This document shows, in pieces, positions 1 through 8,380 of a DNA stretch of 46,251 nucleotides (position 1 is its first letter; the number at the start of each line of letters is the position of its first letter). A model generated the notes under the pieces. That model saw nothing but the letters and a program-made list of their open reading frames with translations. It had not been told where the DNA came from and made no database searches. The position numbers and the translations under genes were made by a program. Origin of the DNA: Planctomycetota bacterium (GTDB lineage Bacteria > Planctomycetota > PUPC01); the NCBI GenBank assembly GCA_003553185.1, contig PUPC01000072.1, forward strand, positions 1-46,251, in the 5' to 3' direction.

Positions 1-73
1 CCTCGGCCAGGGCGGGATATGCGGCGAAGATGGCGACGAGCAGGACGGGGGCGGCCTTCGCGACGATTTTCAT
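1..73 (-). CDS. serpin, N-terminal fragment (third tandem copy; gene continues past the left edge)
   Basis: ATG at 73-71 on the minus strand. It translates to MKIVAKAAPVLLVAIFAAYPALAE, nearly identical to the signal peptide of the serpin at 99..1322. The 25-nt spacer to the upstream stop has the same length as spacer 1323..1347. Confidence 0.6.
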   Translation of the reverse strand, partial: MKIVAKAAPVLLVAIFAAYPALAE

Positions 74-194
74 TGGACTGTCCTCGCAATCATGCTGGTT
101 ATTCCGCTTTCGGGTTCGCGACGCGACCGATGAACAGGATGCTGTCGGTCTCGTTGTCGCGGATGAGGAACAGGAACGGGTGGTCGGCCCGGAA
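1..194. repeat. near-identical junction block, copy 1 (serpin 5' end + spacer + 3' end of the upstream serpin)
   Basis: Hand alignment to 1250..1443 gives 5 mismatches in 194 nt. Positions 97-194 match 1346-1443 perfectly (98 nt). Confidence 0.9.
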
Positions 195-1322
195 CACGGG
201 TGGGTCGCCGATGGAGCGGAAGCCAACAACAGCGACCCTACCGGTTGCAGCGGCCTCGGTGCCCCTTTCGTTCACGTCGACGAACGCCTTGTGGACGACG
301 GCCCGGATGGGGTCGCCCCGGCCGGACATCCCGGAGAAGTCGGCATTCCTGCTGAACGCATCCCGCATCCCCATTGCGCTCAGCACGTCTTTCAAGCTGA
401 ACTCGCTGGTCATGGTGAACCGGGGCAGGTAGAGCCGCACCTCGCGTCTTCGCATGCCGCCGGTCCAGTCCTCCAGCGACTCGGGGCTGAGTTTCGCCTC
501 GAGGGCGGGCAGGTCGCCGACCTTTCGGGGCAGGAGGACGAACATCGACAGCCGGTCGGCCTCGTAGGGCAGCTCGATGATCTGGCAGTCGTCGTTCTCA
601 CCGTACTGGAAGAGTTTTTTCTGGTACATCATGGGCACGTCGATCTTCTCGCCGTCGGCCAGGGTGAACGGCTTGTCCTCCGTGGCATTCACGCGAAACT
701 GGTGTGTGGGTTTCCAGTCGGCCTTGAAGTAGATGGCGTTGGTGAGGACGAGGACGGTCAGCGAGTCAATCGCCCTCGCCTGGATGATGTCCCTGATGCG
801 GTTGTTCGTCTGCTCCGCGACCCAGGCGTTGATGTCTCGCGCTGCCTGTTCGGCTGCCCGCTGGAAATCGACGTTTTTCAGTCCGGCCCCGTAACTCTCC
901 TCCACCATCTCGGTGAAGGCGTCGAGGAACTCGTAGCCGGACTGGCCCCACAAGGCGTTGGCGACCATCAGTTCGTAGGAGTCGCCGTCGCCCGCCGTGT
1001 TCAGGTCACCGACGAGGGCGCCCATCGCCCGGTGCAGGACCTCGTCGGGCGCCGTGAAATGGAGCGTCTCGGCCATCTGCTCGGCGGTCTCGCCGCGTGC
1101 GCCGGCGTAGGTCATCGCCAGCGCGGTCGATATGCTGTATGGCGAGAAGAACAGGTTGCCCTCGGCCTCACGCAGTTTCGCGTAGAGGTCCCAGGCGAAC
1201 TGGTTGTTGCCGCGCACCACCTCGGCCTGGGGGCCGGGCGCGGCCGGCTCCTCGGCCAACGCGGGATATGCGGCGAAGATGGCGACGAGCAGGACGGGGG
1301 CGGCCTTCGCGGCGATTTTCAT
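99..1322 (-). CDS. secreted serpin-family protease inhibitor
   Basis: 407-aa ORF with signal peptide MKIAAKAAPVLLVAIFAAYPALA. Serpin hallmarks: NNQFAWDLY, FFSPYSISTALAMTYAGARGETA, hinge NERGTEAAA, C-terminal ADHPFLFLIRD. Confidence 0.9.
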   Translation of the reverse strand: MKIAAKAAPVLLVAIFAAYPALAEEPAAPGPQAEVVRGNNQFAWDLYAKLREAEGNLFFSPYSISTALAMTYAGARGETAEQMAETLHFTAPDEVLHRAMGALVGDLNTAGDGDSYELMVANALWGQSGYEFLDAFTEMVEESYGAGLKNVDFQRAAEQAARDINAWVAEQTNNRIRDIIQARAIDSLTVLVLTNAIYFKADWKPTHQFRVNATEDKPFTLADGEKIDVPMMYQKKLFQYGENDDCQIIELPYEADRLSMFVLLPRKVGDLPALEAKLSPESLEDWTGGMRRREVRLYLPRFTMTSEFSLKDVLSAMGMRDAFSRNADFSGMSGRGDPIRAVVHKAFVDVNERGTEAAATGRVAVVGFRSIGDPPVFRADHPFLFLIRDNETDSILFIGRVANPKAE

Positions 1323-1443
1323 TGGACTGTCCTCGCAATAATGCGGGTTATTCCGCTTTCGGGTTCGCGACGCGACCGATGAACAGGATGCTGTCGGTCT
1401 CGTTGTCGCGGATGAGGAACAGGAACGGGTGGTCGGCCCGGAA
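1250..1443. repeat. near-identical junction block, copy 2
   Basis: See copy 1. For comparison, serpin-body stretch 421-480 versus 1676-1735 shows 7 mismatches in 60 nt. Confidence 0.9.
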
Positions 1444-2565
1444 AGTGACCGGGGGCGGGCCGACGCTGGTGATGCCCACGACGACGCCCGTGGCGGCTGC
1501 CGCCTCGGTGCCCTCTTCGTTCACGTCGACGAACGCCTTGTGGACGACGGACTGGATGAAGAGCTCGCGGGTGCCGTCCATGCCGGAGAAGTCGGCCTGA
1601 CGGGGGGCGAACGCATCGCTCATGCCCATCGCGGCGAGCGTTCCGCTCAAGCTGAACTCGCTGGTCATGGTGAACCGGGGCAGGTAGAGCTGCACCTCGC
1701 GGCTCCGCATACCGCGGGTCCAGTTCTCCAGCGATTCGGGGCTGAGTTTCGCCTCGAGGGCGGGCAGGTCGCCGACCTCCCGGGGCAACAGGACGAGCAT
1801 CGACAGGTCGTCGCCCTCGTAGGGCAGCTCGATGATCTGGCAGTCGTCGTTTTCGGCGTACCGGAAGTCCTCTTTCTGGTACATCATGGGCACGTCGACT
1901 TTCTCGCCGTCGGCCAGTGTGAACGGCTTGTCCTCCGTGGCGTCCTCGTCGAACTGGTGGGCCCAGTCGCCCTTGAAGTAGATGGCGTTGGTGAGGACCA
2001 GGCGGGTCAGCGGGTCGATCGCTCCCTCCTGGATAAGGTCCTGGATGCGGTTGTTCGTCTGCTCTGCGACCCAGGCGTTGATGGCTTGTGCTGCCTGTTC
2101 GGCTGCCTGCTGGAAATCGACGTTTTTCAGCCCGGCTCGATAGCTTTCAGTGACCAGGTCGGTGTATTCGTCGCGGAATTCGTAGCCGCTCTGGGCCCAG
2201 AGTGCGTTGGCGACGGCGAGTTCATACGGTCCTTCCTCGCCCGCCTTGTTCAGGACATCGATGAGGGCGCCCATCGCACGGTGCAGGTCTTCGTTCGGCG
2301 CGGTGAAGTGGAGCGTCTCGGCCATCTGCTCGGCGGTCCGACCGCGTGCACCGGCGTAGGTCATCGCCAGCGCGGTCGATATGCTGTATGGCGACAAGAA
2401 CAGGTTGCCGGGCTCCTCGCGGAGCCGGGCGTACAGATCGGTGGCGAACTGATTATTCCCTGCCACGACCTCTCCCTTCGCGTTGTCTTCGTCGGCCCGG
2501 ACGGGCGCCGCTGTTGCCGCAGTCAACGAAACCGTGAGTAAAACGAGAATCAGGCGCTTGAGCAT
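1348..2565 (-). CDS. secreted serpin-family protease inhibitor (paralog)
   Basis: Same serpin motifs, with hinge NEEGTEAAAA and ADHPFLFLIRD. I moved the start to ATG 2565 (MLKRLILVLL..., a signal peptide) because GGAGG lies 7 nt upstream. The ORF track starts at 2583. Confidence 0.88.
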   Translation of the reverse strand: MLKRLILVLLTVSLTAATAAPVRADEDNAKGEVVAGNNQFATDLYARLREEPGNLFLSPYSISTALAMTYAGARGRTAEQMAETLHFTAPNEDLHRAMGALIDVLNKAGEEGPYELAVANALWAQSGYEFRDEYTDLVTESYRAGLKNVDFQQAAEQAAQAINAWVAEQTNNRIQDLIQEGAIDPLTRLVLTNAIYFKGDWAHQFDEDATEDKPFTLADGEKVDVPMMYQKEDFRYAENDDCQIIELPYEGDDLSMLVLLPREVGDLPALEAKLSPESLENWTRGMRSREVQLYLPRFTMTSEFSLSGTLAAMGMSDAFAPRQADFSGMDGTRELFIQSVVHKAFVDVNEEGTEAAAATGVVVGITSVGPPPVTFRADHPFLFLIRDNETDSILFIGRVANPKAE

Positions 2566-2715
2566 GGGCATGCCTCCTTCCACAAGGTTTGTGTCCGACG
2601 GTCGGGCCGACGGCGCGGCCTGCCCGTCCGTCGCATCAAGACAGCTTCCAACTTATTAGACGCGCTCCATCCTCAACAGTTCCCGATTTTTCGCGATAAA
2701 TTCGAGCCCCGCCGA

Positions 2716-3177
2716 TTACTCGCTGATGGCGAGGTTTACGACGGTCCCGTCTTCCTGGGCGTTGATGTTCACCACGAGCCGCCGGTCTCCTTTCAGATAG
2801 CTGCGGTTCGCCACGCCCCCCATCTGGTGTTCCGCCTCCAATTCCCAGCCGTCGGCCTTTGCTTTCTCTTCGTAGGCCTCAAGGACGTTGGTGGCCTCGT
2901 CCCCGGTTCGCAGGGCCACGACCATCCGGCCCCCATCCCTGCTCGAGTGGGTAATGGCGGCGCCCTCGTAGATATGCACATCGTCGGGGAAACCGTCGGG
3001 GAGAGACGCGCTGCCGAAAATACCATACTCGCCCTCGGCGTCGCCCTCGTCTCCGTTATCGGCCCTCTCGACCGCTTCCTTCGCTCTTTCCTCGACCTGT
3101 TCCATAAGCCCGTTTTCGCCACATCCCGAGATCGCCACGGCAACCGCCAGGCACATCGCCAAGAATAAATGTTTCAT
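2716..3177 (-). CDS. small acidic lipoprotein, function unknown
   Basis: I chose the internal start MKHLFLAMCLAVAVAISGC (lipobox ISGC) at 3177, with GGAGG upstream. The remainder is a 130-aa Asp/Glu-rich domain with no recognisable family. Confidence 0.6.
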   Translation of the reverse strand: MKHLFLAMCLAVAVAISGCGENGLMEQVEERAKEAVERADNGDEGDAEGEYGIFGSASLPDGFPDDVHIYEGAAITHSSRDGGRMVVALRTGDEATNVLEAYEEKAKADGWELEAEHQMGGVANRSYLKGDRRLVVNINAQEDGTVVNLAISE

Positions 3178-3238
3178 CTGACCGCCTCCTTCCATCGGAA
3201 GAATGTCCCACCGCTTTTTGTCAACTCCCACCGAACAC

Positions 3239-3266
3239 ATTATGATGCAGTACGGACGATTTGCAA
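3239..3266 (-). promoter_or_regulatory. sigma70-type promoter candidate TTGCAA-N16-CATAAT upstream of the lipoprotein gene
   Basis: The reverse complement of 3239..3266 reads ttgcaa atcgtccgtactgcat cataat, about 60 nt upstream of ATG 3177. Confidence 0.4.
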
Positions 3267-3372
3267 GCACTTATTCCGATGGTTCGTGAATTCTTGGGCC
3301 CGCCGGTTCCCCGGCCGGGCCGAGGCGTATATAATGTGGCCTCATTGAACCTGTTTCTCGAGGAGCAGACAT

Positions 3373-4662
3373 ATGACGGACCGGCTGGACGGTGCCAGGG
3401 CGATGCTTCGCCGCTTCAAGGGGAATGACTATGTGTTCGGGCTGGACTGTCTGGGTCGGGTCGGGCCGCTGACGGCGGAGCTGGCAGACAGTGCCGCCGT
3501 GGTGGTCGGCGGTTGGGGGAAAGACTGGGGCGAACGGGTCCACCGGGCGGTTCGACGGTCGCTGGCTGTGGCGGGCGTCGAGGTCGCGGGCGAACTCATA
3601 CCGGGCTCGAGCCCGAACGCCCCGCGCTCGGACGTGCTCCGCGTGAAGGAAGAGATAGCCGACCGCCACGCCGGCTGCGTACTGGTCGTCGGCTCGGGTA
3701 GCACCATCGACGCTGCCAAATGCGCCGCGGCGATGGCGCTCCTGGGCGACGCCCATCCCGAGTTCGACGAGTACTTCGGCGTGGGAAGGGTCTCGCAAAT
3801 GCTCGAGGTCGAGCAGCGGAAAATGCCGCCGCTCGTCGCGGTCCAACTCGCCGCCAGTTCGGCCGCACACCTGACGAAATACTCGAACATCACCGACCCC
3901 GAGACCGCCCAGAAAAAGCTCATCGTCGATGAGGCCGTCGTGCCCGACCGGGCACTATTCGACTACGCGGTCACCACGACGATGCCGAGGGAGATGACCG
4001 CCGACGGCGGGCTCGATGGCATCGCCCACTCGCTCGAAGTCCTGTACGGAGCGACAGGCCGGGCGCTGGAGAGCGTGTCGCCGATCGCTCTCCTTTCCAT
4101 CGCCCTGATCGTGCGGAACCTGAAGGCCGCCTGTGACGACCCCGAAAACCTGGACGCCCGGGAGGCGCTCGGCCTGGGCACCGACCTCGGCGGATATGCG
4201 ATCATGGTCGGCGGGACGAACGGCGGGCACCTCACCAGCTTCAGCTTGGTTGACGTGCTCCCACACGGCCGGGCCTGCGGCGTTATGAACCCATACTACA
4301 CCGTGTTCTTCGCCCCGGCCATCGAGCAGAAGCTGCGGGATGTCGCGGCCGTCTTCCGGGAGGCGGGATACCTGGAGATCGACCCGGACGACCTCGACGG
4401 GCGGGACCTCGGCGAGGCCGTAGCCGGAGCGATGATCGCACTCTCCGCCGACATCGGCCTGCCGACCACCCTGTCGGAAGTCGAGGGCTTTACCGACGAA
4501 CACATCGAGCGAGCGTTGGCCGCGGCGAAGGACCCGCAGCTCGATATGAAGCTCCGGGCCATGCCCGTCCCGCTCGCGGCCGAGACCGTGGACAGGTACA
4601 TGCGACCGATCCTCGAGGCGGCGAAGACCGGCGATTTCGGACGGATACGGAGCGCGACCTGA
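3373..4662 (+). CDS. iron-containing (group III) alcohol dehydrogenase family protein
   Basis: 429 aa. It has the GSGSTIDAAK nucleotide-binding motif, a DGIAHSLE metal-site-like motif, and an overall Fe-ADH layout. GAGGAG precedes the ATG. Confidence 0.7.
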   Translation: MTDRLDGARAMLRRFKGNDYVFGLDCLGRVGPLTAELADSAAVVVGGWGKDWGERVHRAVRRSLAVAGVEVAGELIPGSSPNAPRSDVLRVKEEIADRHAGCVLVVGSGSTIDAAKCAAAMALLGDAHPEFDEYFGVGRVSQMLEVEQRKMPPLVAVQLAASSAAHLTKYSNITDPETAQKKLIVDEAVVPDRALFDYAVTTTMPREMTADGGLDGIAHSLEVLYGATGRALESVSPIALLSIALIVRNLKAACDDPENLDAREALGLGTDLGGYAIMVGGTNGGHLTSFSLVDVLPHGRACGVMNPYYTVFFAPAIEQKLRDVAAVFREAGYLEIDPDDLDGRDLGEAVAGAMIALSADIGLPTTLSEVEGFTDEHIERALAAAKDPQLDMKLRAMPVPLAAETVDRYMRPILEAAKTGDFGRIRSAT

Positions 4663-5957
4663 TGCGAGCGAGATTCCGATACGGACGCGAAGAGGTCGAG
4701 GTGGACGTGCCGGACGGGGCCGAGGTCGTCGCTTCGTCCTTCCCTCCGCCGCCGGAGCCGGCCGACTCGACGGTCCGGTCGGCGGTGCGTGCCCCGGCCG
4801 AGGCCCCGCCGCTCAGGGAAGCGCTGGCCGTGCGGCGTCCGGGCGAGGTCGTCGTGGTGGTCTCCGATGCCACGCGGCCGATCCCTTATGCGGACTTCCT
4901 GCCGGGCCTCTTGGCCGAGATCGAGGAGGCCGGAGTGGCCCGCGACGACATCCTCATCCTTGTTGCGACCGGGATGCATCGCCCGACCACCCCGGAAGAA
5001 CGGGACGAGATGTTCGGCGACGAGGTGGTCGGCCGTTACCGGATAGAGGACCACCGGGCCGACGCCGAGGGGGAACTGGTCGAGTTGCCGACACCGAGCC
5101 GGTCGGGGGCGCGAATACGATTGAACCGCCGGTTCGTCGAGGCCGGGTTCCGGCTGATTACCGGGCTTGTCGAGCCGCACTTCGTGGCCGGGTTCTCCGG
5201 CGGGCGCAAGGCCATATGCCCCGGCCTGGCCGATCTGGATACAATCCGCATCTTCCACGGCCCGGCGTTCCTCGCCGACCGAGCGGCGACCAACGGTCGG
5301 CTGGCCGGGAACCCGCTCCACGAGGAGGCGCTCGACATCGCCAGGAAGGCGGCGGTCGACTTCTCTCTCAACCTCGTGCTCGACGGGGATCGGAGGATCG
5401 TGGCCGCGTTCGCGGGCGAGCTCGATGCGGCCCACCGGGACGCCTGCCGATTCACCGCCGCGGCCGCCTGCCGGGAGGTCCGGCGCCCGGCCGACGTGGT
5501 GGTCACATCGAGCGGCGGCTACCCGCTCGACGCCACGTTCTACCAGTGCGTCAAGGGGATGGTCTCGTGCCTGCCGGCGGTCCGACCCGGCGGACAGATC
5601 ATCGCGTTCGGCGGCTGCTCGGAGGGGGTCGGCAGCCCGCAGTATGCGGCCCTGATGGAGCGCTATGCCGGGCGGTGGTCCGAATTTCTCCGGGACATCC
5701 ACTCTGGCGAGCCATTCGTCCGGGAGCAGTGGCAGTTGCAGATCCAATGCCGGGCGCTGGCCAAGGTGGGGGAAGAGAACCTGCATTTCCTGACCGACGG
5801 GCTGGACGCCAGGATGCTCGGCCGGCTGTCCGTCACCCCCCACTCGGTGCGGCCGGGCGAAGTCGAGCCGGCGCTGCAGGAGCTCGTGGAGCGCTTCACC
5901 GGCGAGCGCACTCACGTCGCCGTCTTCCCCGAGGGGCCATACTGCGCCGCCGTGTGA
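4662..5957 (+). CDS. LarA-like nickel-pincer-dependent 2-hydroxyacid racemase/epimerase family protein (DUF2088)
   Basis: 431 aa. LarA-type motifs are VVSDATRP, ATGMHRP and EPHFVAGFSGGRKAICPG. The start overlaps the upstream stop (TGATG at 4660-4664). Confidence 0.75.
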   Translation: MRARFRYGREEVEVDVPDGAEVVASSFPPPPEPADSTVRSAVRAPAEAPPLREALAVRRPGEVVVVVSDATRPIPYADFLPGLLAEIEEAGVARDDILILVATGMHRPTTPEERDEMFGDEVVGRYRIEDHRADAEGELVELPTPSRSGARIRLNRRFVEAGFRLITGLVEPHFVAGFSGGRKAICPGLADLDTIRIFHGPAFLADRAATNGRLAGNPLHEEALDIARKAAVDFSLNLVLDGDRRIVAAFAGELDAAHRDACRFTAAAACREVRRPADVVVTSSGGYPLDATFYQCVKGMVSCLPAVRPGGQIIAFGGCSEGVGSPQYAALMERYAGRWSEFLRDIHSGEPFVREQWQLQIQCRALAKVGEENLHFLTDGLDARMLGRLSVTPHSVRPGEVEPALQELVERFTGERTHVAVFPEGPYCAAV

Positions 5958-5970
5958 GGCATCCGTCAGT

Positions 5971-5999
5971 TTGACCGCGCCCGTCGCAGCGGCTAGAAT
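5971..5999 (+). promoter_or_regulatory. sigma70-type promoter candidate TTGACC-N17-TAGAAT
   Basis: The sequence reads ttgacc gcgcccgtcgcagcggc tagaat. It lies about 165 nt upstream of ATG 6163. Confidence 0.45.
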
Positions 6000-6162
6000 A
6001 CCGCACCTTGCAACAGCCCGATCAGCCGGCCCACTGCCGGCCCGGCTTTGCGTGTGCAACACCGTTGCATCAACGTCCCGACGCCGTCTCGACATACACG
6101 GATACCGCCCCGCGAACCGATCTGGCAGGCCGCACCGGACTACCGTGCAACAGGAGGAGCCG

Positions 6163-8343
6163 ATGCCCGACCTTCGAGTGTTCGAGACAGAAGAAGAGCG
6201 GGAAAGAGCCAGAATGTCGTTTGACCGGCTGCTGGCAGACCGTGAGGCCGATATCGAACGCCAACTGGACGCCGCCGTCGCCGAGCTGAACTCTGCCGAG
6301 GATGTCGCCCGGTGGCAGCAGAATGTCCGGGAGGACCTGGCTGACCTGCTGGGCAAGTTTCCCGCAAAAAGGCCCCTGCGACCGTGCGTGGTGGGCAAGA
6401 TCGAGCGCCGCGACATCGTCATCGAGAAGGTCCTGATCGAGAGCCGACCGCGCTACTACGTCACCGCCAACCTGTACATCCCCCGCGAAAAGCCGCTGCC
6501 CACACCGGGCGTGCTCGTCCCCTGCGGCCACACCGTACAGGGGAAGGCGACCGACGGATACCACTCCGCCGGGATGGGCCTCGCTCTGAAGGGCTACGTG
6601 GCGATGGTCTATGATCCGACCGGCCAGGGCGAACGCTCGGAATGCTACAACCCGAAGACCCGTCGGCATATCGTCCATCCGGAAGTGTCTCAACACCATT
6701 ACACGGGCAAGCCGCTGTTCTTCACCAACCTGACCCTGGCCGGATGGCGGACGTGGGACGGGCTTCGATGCGTCGATTACCTGGCCTCCCGCGACGAGGT
6801 AGACACCGACCGGCTGGCCGTGATGGGCAACTCGGGCGGCGGGGCGATGACCATGCTCATCTCCTGCGTGGACGAGCGGATCAGGGCCTGCGCCGCCTCA
6901 CATCCCGGCGGGAGCATGGAGAACACACATCTCCGCGGGCGACGTCCGCCGGACCGGCGGCTCTACTCGCTGATGGCACCCCGTCCGTGCCGGATCATCG
7001 TCGGCGACGCCTCGGGCGAAGAGGCCAACCATCGGCAGAAGATCGACCTGATGAAGCCGTTCTACGAGGCCTGCGGCTGCCCCGATCGGCTGGAACTGGT
7101 ACTCGTCGATGGCAAGCACGACCTGCAACTTCCCAAGCGCGCCGCCTCGTACGAATGGCTGGGGCGGTGGCTCGACCACCACGACCCAACCCCCGAGGAG
7201 CCGACGTTCCGCCGGATATCCGAGAAACGCCTCAACTGCACGCGGACCGGGCAGGTGCTCGGCTCGATCAAACGGACGAGGACCATGCAGCAGATCAACG
7301 CCGCCCGGGTGGAAAAACTGGCACCCAAGCGGAAGGCGGGCAAAACTCCGGGGGCACTCGCCAGCCAGTTGAACGCACTCCGAAAGCGGGTCCGCAAGCG
7401 CACCTGCTTCCGGGCCGAGACGAGCGAGTTAAACATTCGCGTCGTGGGCACGGCCGAGCTCGACGGCGTCGCGGTCGAGCGGCTCGTGTTCGAGAGCGAG
7501 CCGGGGATCCCCATCCCGGCGCTCCTGTTCCGGCCCGACAACTGCCCGCCCGAGGCCCCGGTGGTCGTCCATACCGACGAGGGCGGGAAGCCGCAATCGA
7601 CCGACGAGCGGACCCTGCCGGCCCGGCTGGCCCAAAGGGGCCTGCCGGTCCTGTCCATCGACGCCCGGGACACGGGCGAGACCTCGCTCTGCGAGATCGA
7701 CCACAGCGATATGTTGCCGAAGACGGGCTGGAGCTGGCGGGACTTCAACGGGACGCGGTGGCGGCACGATCGGCTGGCGGTCCGGGCACTGAGCATCGAC
7801 CGATCCCTGCCGAGTATGCGGGCGCTCGATGTCATCCGGGCCGTCGATCTCTGCGAGCAGCACGAGGGGCTGTCCGGGCGGCCGGTCCTGCTGGCGGGAG
7901 AGGGCACCGGCGGAATCTGGTCGATGCTGGCGGCTGCACTCGATGAGCGACCCGCGGGGACGGTCGCCATCAAGGCACTCGCCGCCTGGCGCCTGATCAC
8001 CGACAACCCCGAGTACAACCAGTTCGGCCACAACTGGCTGCCCGGTGCCCTTCTCGATTTCGACATCCCGGACCTGCCCGCCCTGATCGCCCCTCGCCCC
8101 GTCCACGTGCTCGATCCGCTCGATCAGATGAGCCGTCGGATGACCGACCGGACCGCCCGCCGGACGTTCCGGTTCGCCCGGGATGTCTATCGCCAGAAAG
8201 GGGCCGCCGGAGCATTCCATGTCGGCCGGACGGGTGCCACGTACCCCTCGCTGGCGAAGTCGGTCCGGGAGCTCGCCGAACAGTTGCCGCCCCTCGCCGA
8301 TGGACGGGTAAGTGTGCTTGACGGTCGGGCCGCTCAGGAGTAG
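6163..8343 (+). CDS. two-lobed alpha/beta hydrolase (acetyl-xylan-esterase/dienelactone-hydrolase-like)
   Basis: I set the start at ATG 6163, which has AGGAGG at 6152-6157. The first lobe has the nucleophile elbow GNSGGG. The second lobe has the same fold signature, but the elbow reads GEGTGG with no Ser. Confidence 0.65.
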   Translation: MPDLRVFETEEERERARMSFDRLLADREADIERQLDAAVAELNSAEDVARWQQNVREDLADLLGKFPAKRPLRPCVVGKIERRDIVIEKVLIESRPRYYVTANLYIPREKPLPTPGVLVPCGHTVQGKATDGYHSAGMGLALKGYVAMVYDPTGQGERSECYNPKTRRHIVHPEVSQHHYTGKPLFFTNLTLAGWRTWDGLRCVDYLASRDEVDTDRLAVMGNSGGGAMTMLISCVDERIRACAASHPGGSMENTHLRGRRPPDRRLYSLMAPRPCRIIVGDASGEEANHRQKIDLMKPFYEACGCPDRLELVLVDGKHDLQLPKRAASYEWLGRWLDHHDPTPEEPTFRRISEKRLNCTRTGQVLGSIKRTRTMQQINAARVEKLAPKRKAGKTPGALASQLNALRKRVRKRTCFRAETSELNIRVVGTAELDGVAVERLVFESEPGIPIPALLFRPDNCPPEAPVVVHTDEGGKPQSTDERTLPARLAQRGLPVLSIDARDTGETSLCEIDHSDMLPKTGWSWRDFNGTRWRHDRLAVRALSIDRSLPSMRALDVIRAVDLCEQHEGLSGRPVLLAGEGTGGIWSMLAAALDERPAGTVAIKALAAWRLITDNPEYNQFGHNWLPGALLDFDIPDLPALIAPRPVHVLDPLDQMSRRMTDRTARRTFRFARDVYRQKGAAGAFHVGRTGATYPSLAKSVRELAEQLPPLADGRVSVLDGRAAQE

Positions 8344-8346
8344 TAT
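8318..8346 (+). promoter_or_regulatory. sigma70-type promoter candidate TTGACG-N17-TAGTAT inside the 3' end of the hydrolase gene
   Basis: The sequence reads ttgacg gtcgggccgctcaggag tagtat. The -10 hexamer overlaps the hydrolase stop codon. Confidence 0.35.
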
Positions 8347-8380
8347 AGCCGCAGAATCAGGCAGAATATTGGAGCCCCCC

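Noticed and set aside
30-1382. 450-aa plus-strand ORF (and 1429..2541, 370 aa) opposite the serpin genes
   Set aside because: It is antisense to ORFs with unmistakable serpin motifs. The translation is Gly/Arg/Val/Asp-rich low-complexity sequence, typical of stop-free antisense frames in high-GC DNA.
5971-6162. N-terminal 64 codons of the 790-aa hydrolase ORF (TTG start at 5971)
   Set aside because: The TTG is itself the -35 hexamer of a promoter-like motif, and the stretch is Arg/Pro/Thr-rich. ATG 6163 has a perfect AGGAGG at the right spacing.
4296-6422. 708-aa minus-strand ORF spanning the Fe-ADH, LarA and hydrolase genes
   Set aside because: It overlaps three well-supported plus-strand genes and crosses their intergenic region. 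It is Arg/Ser/Ala-rich with no recognisable motif.
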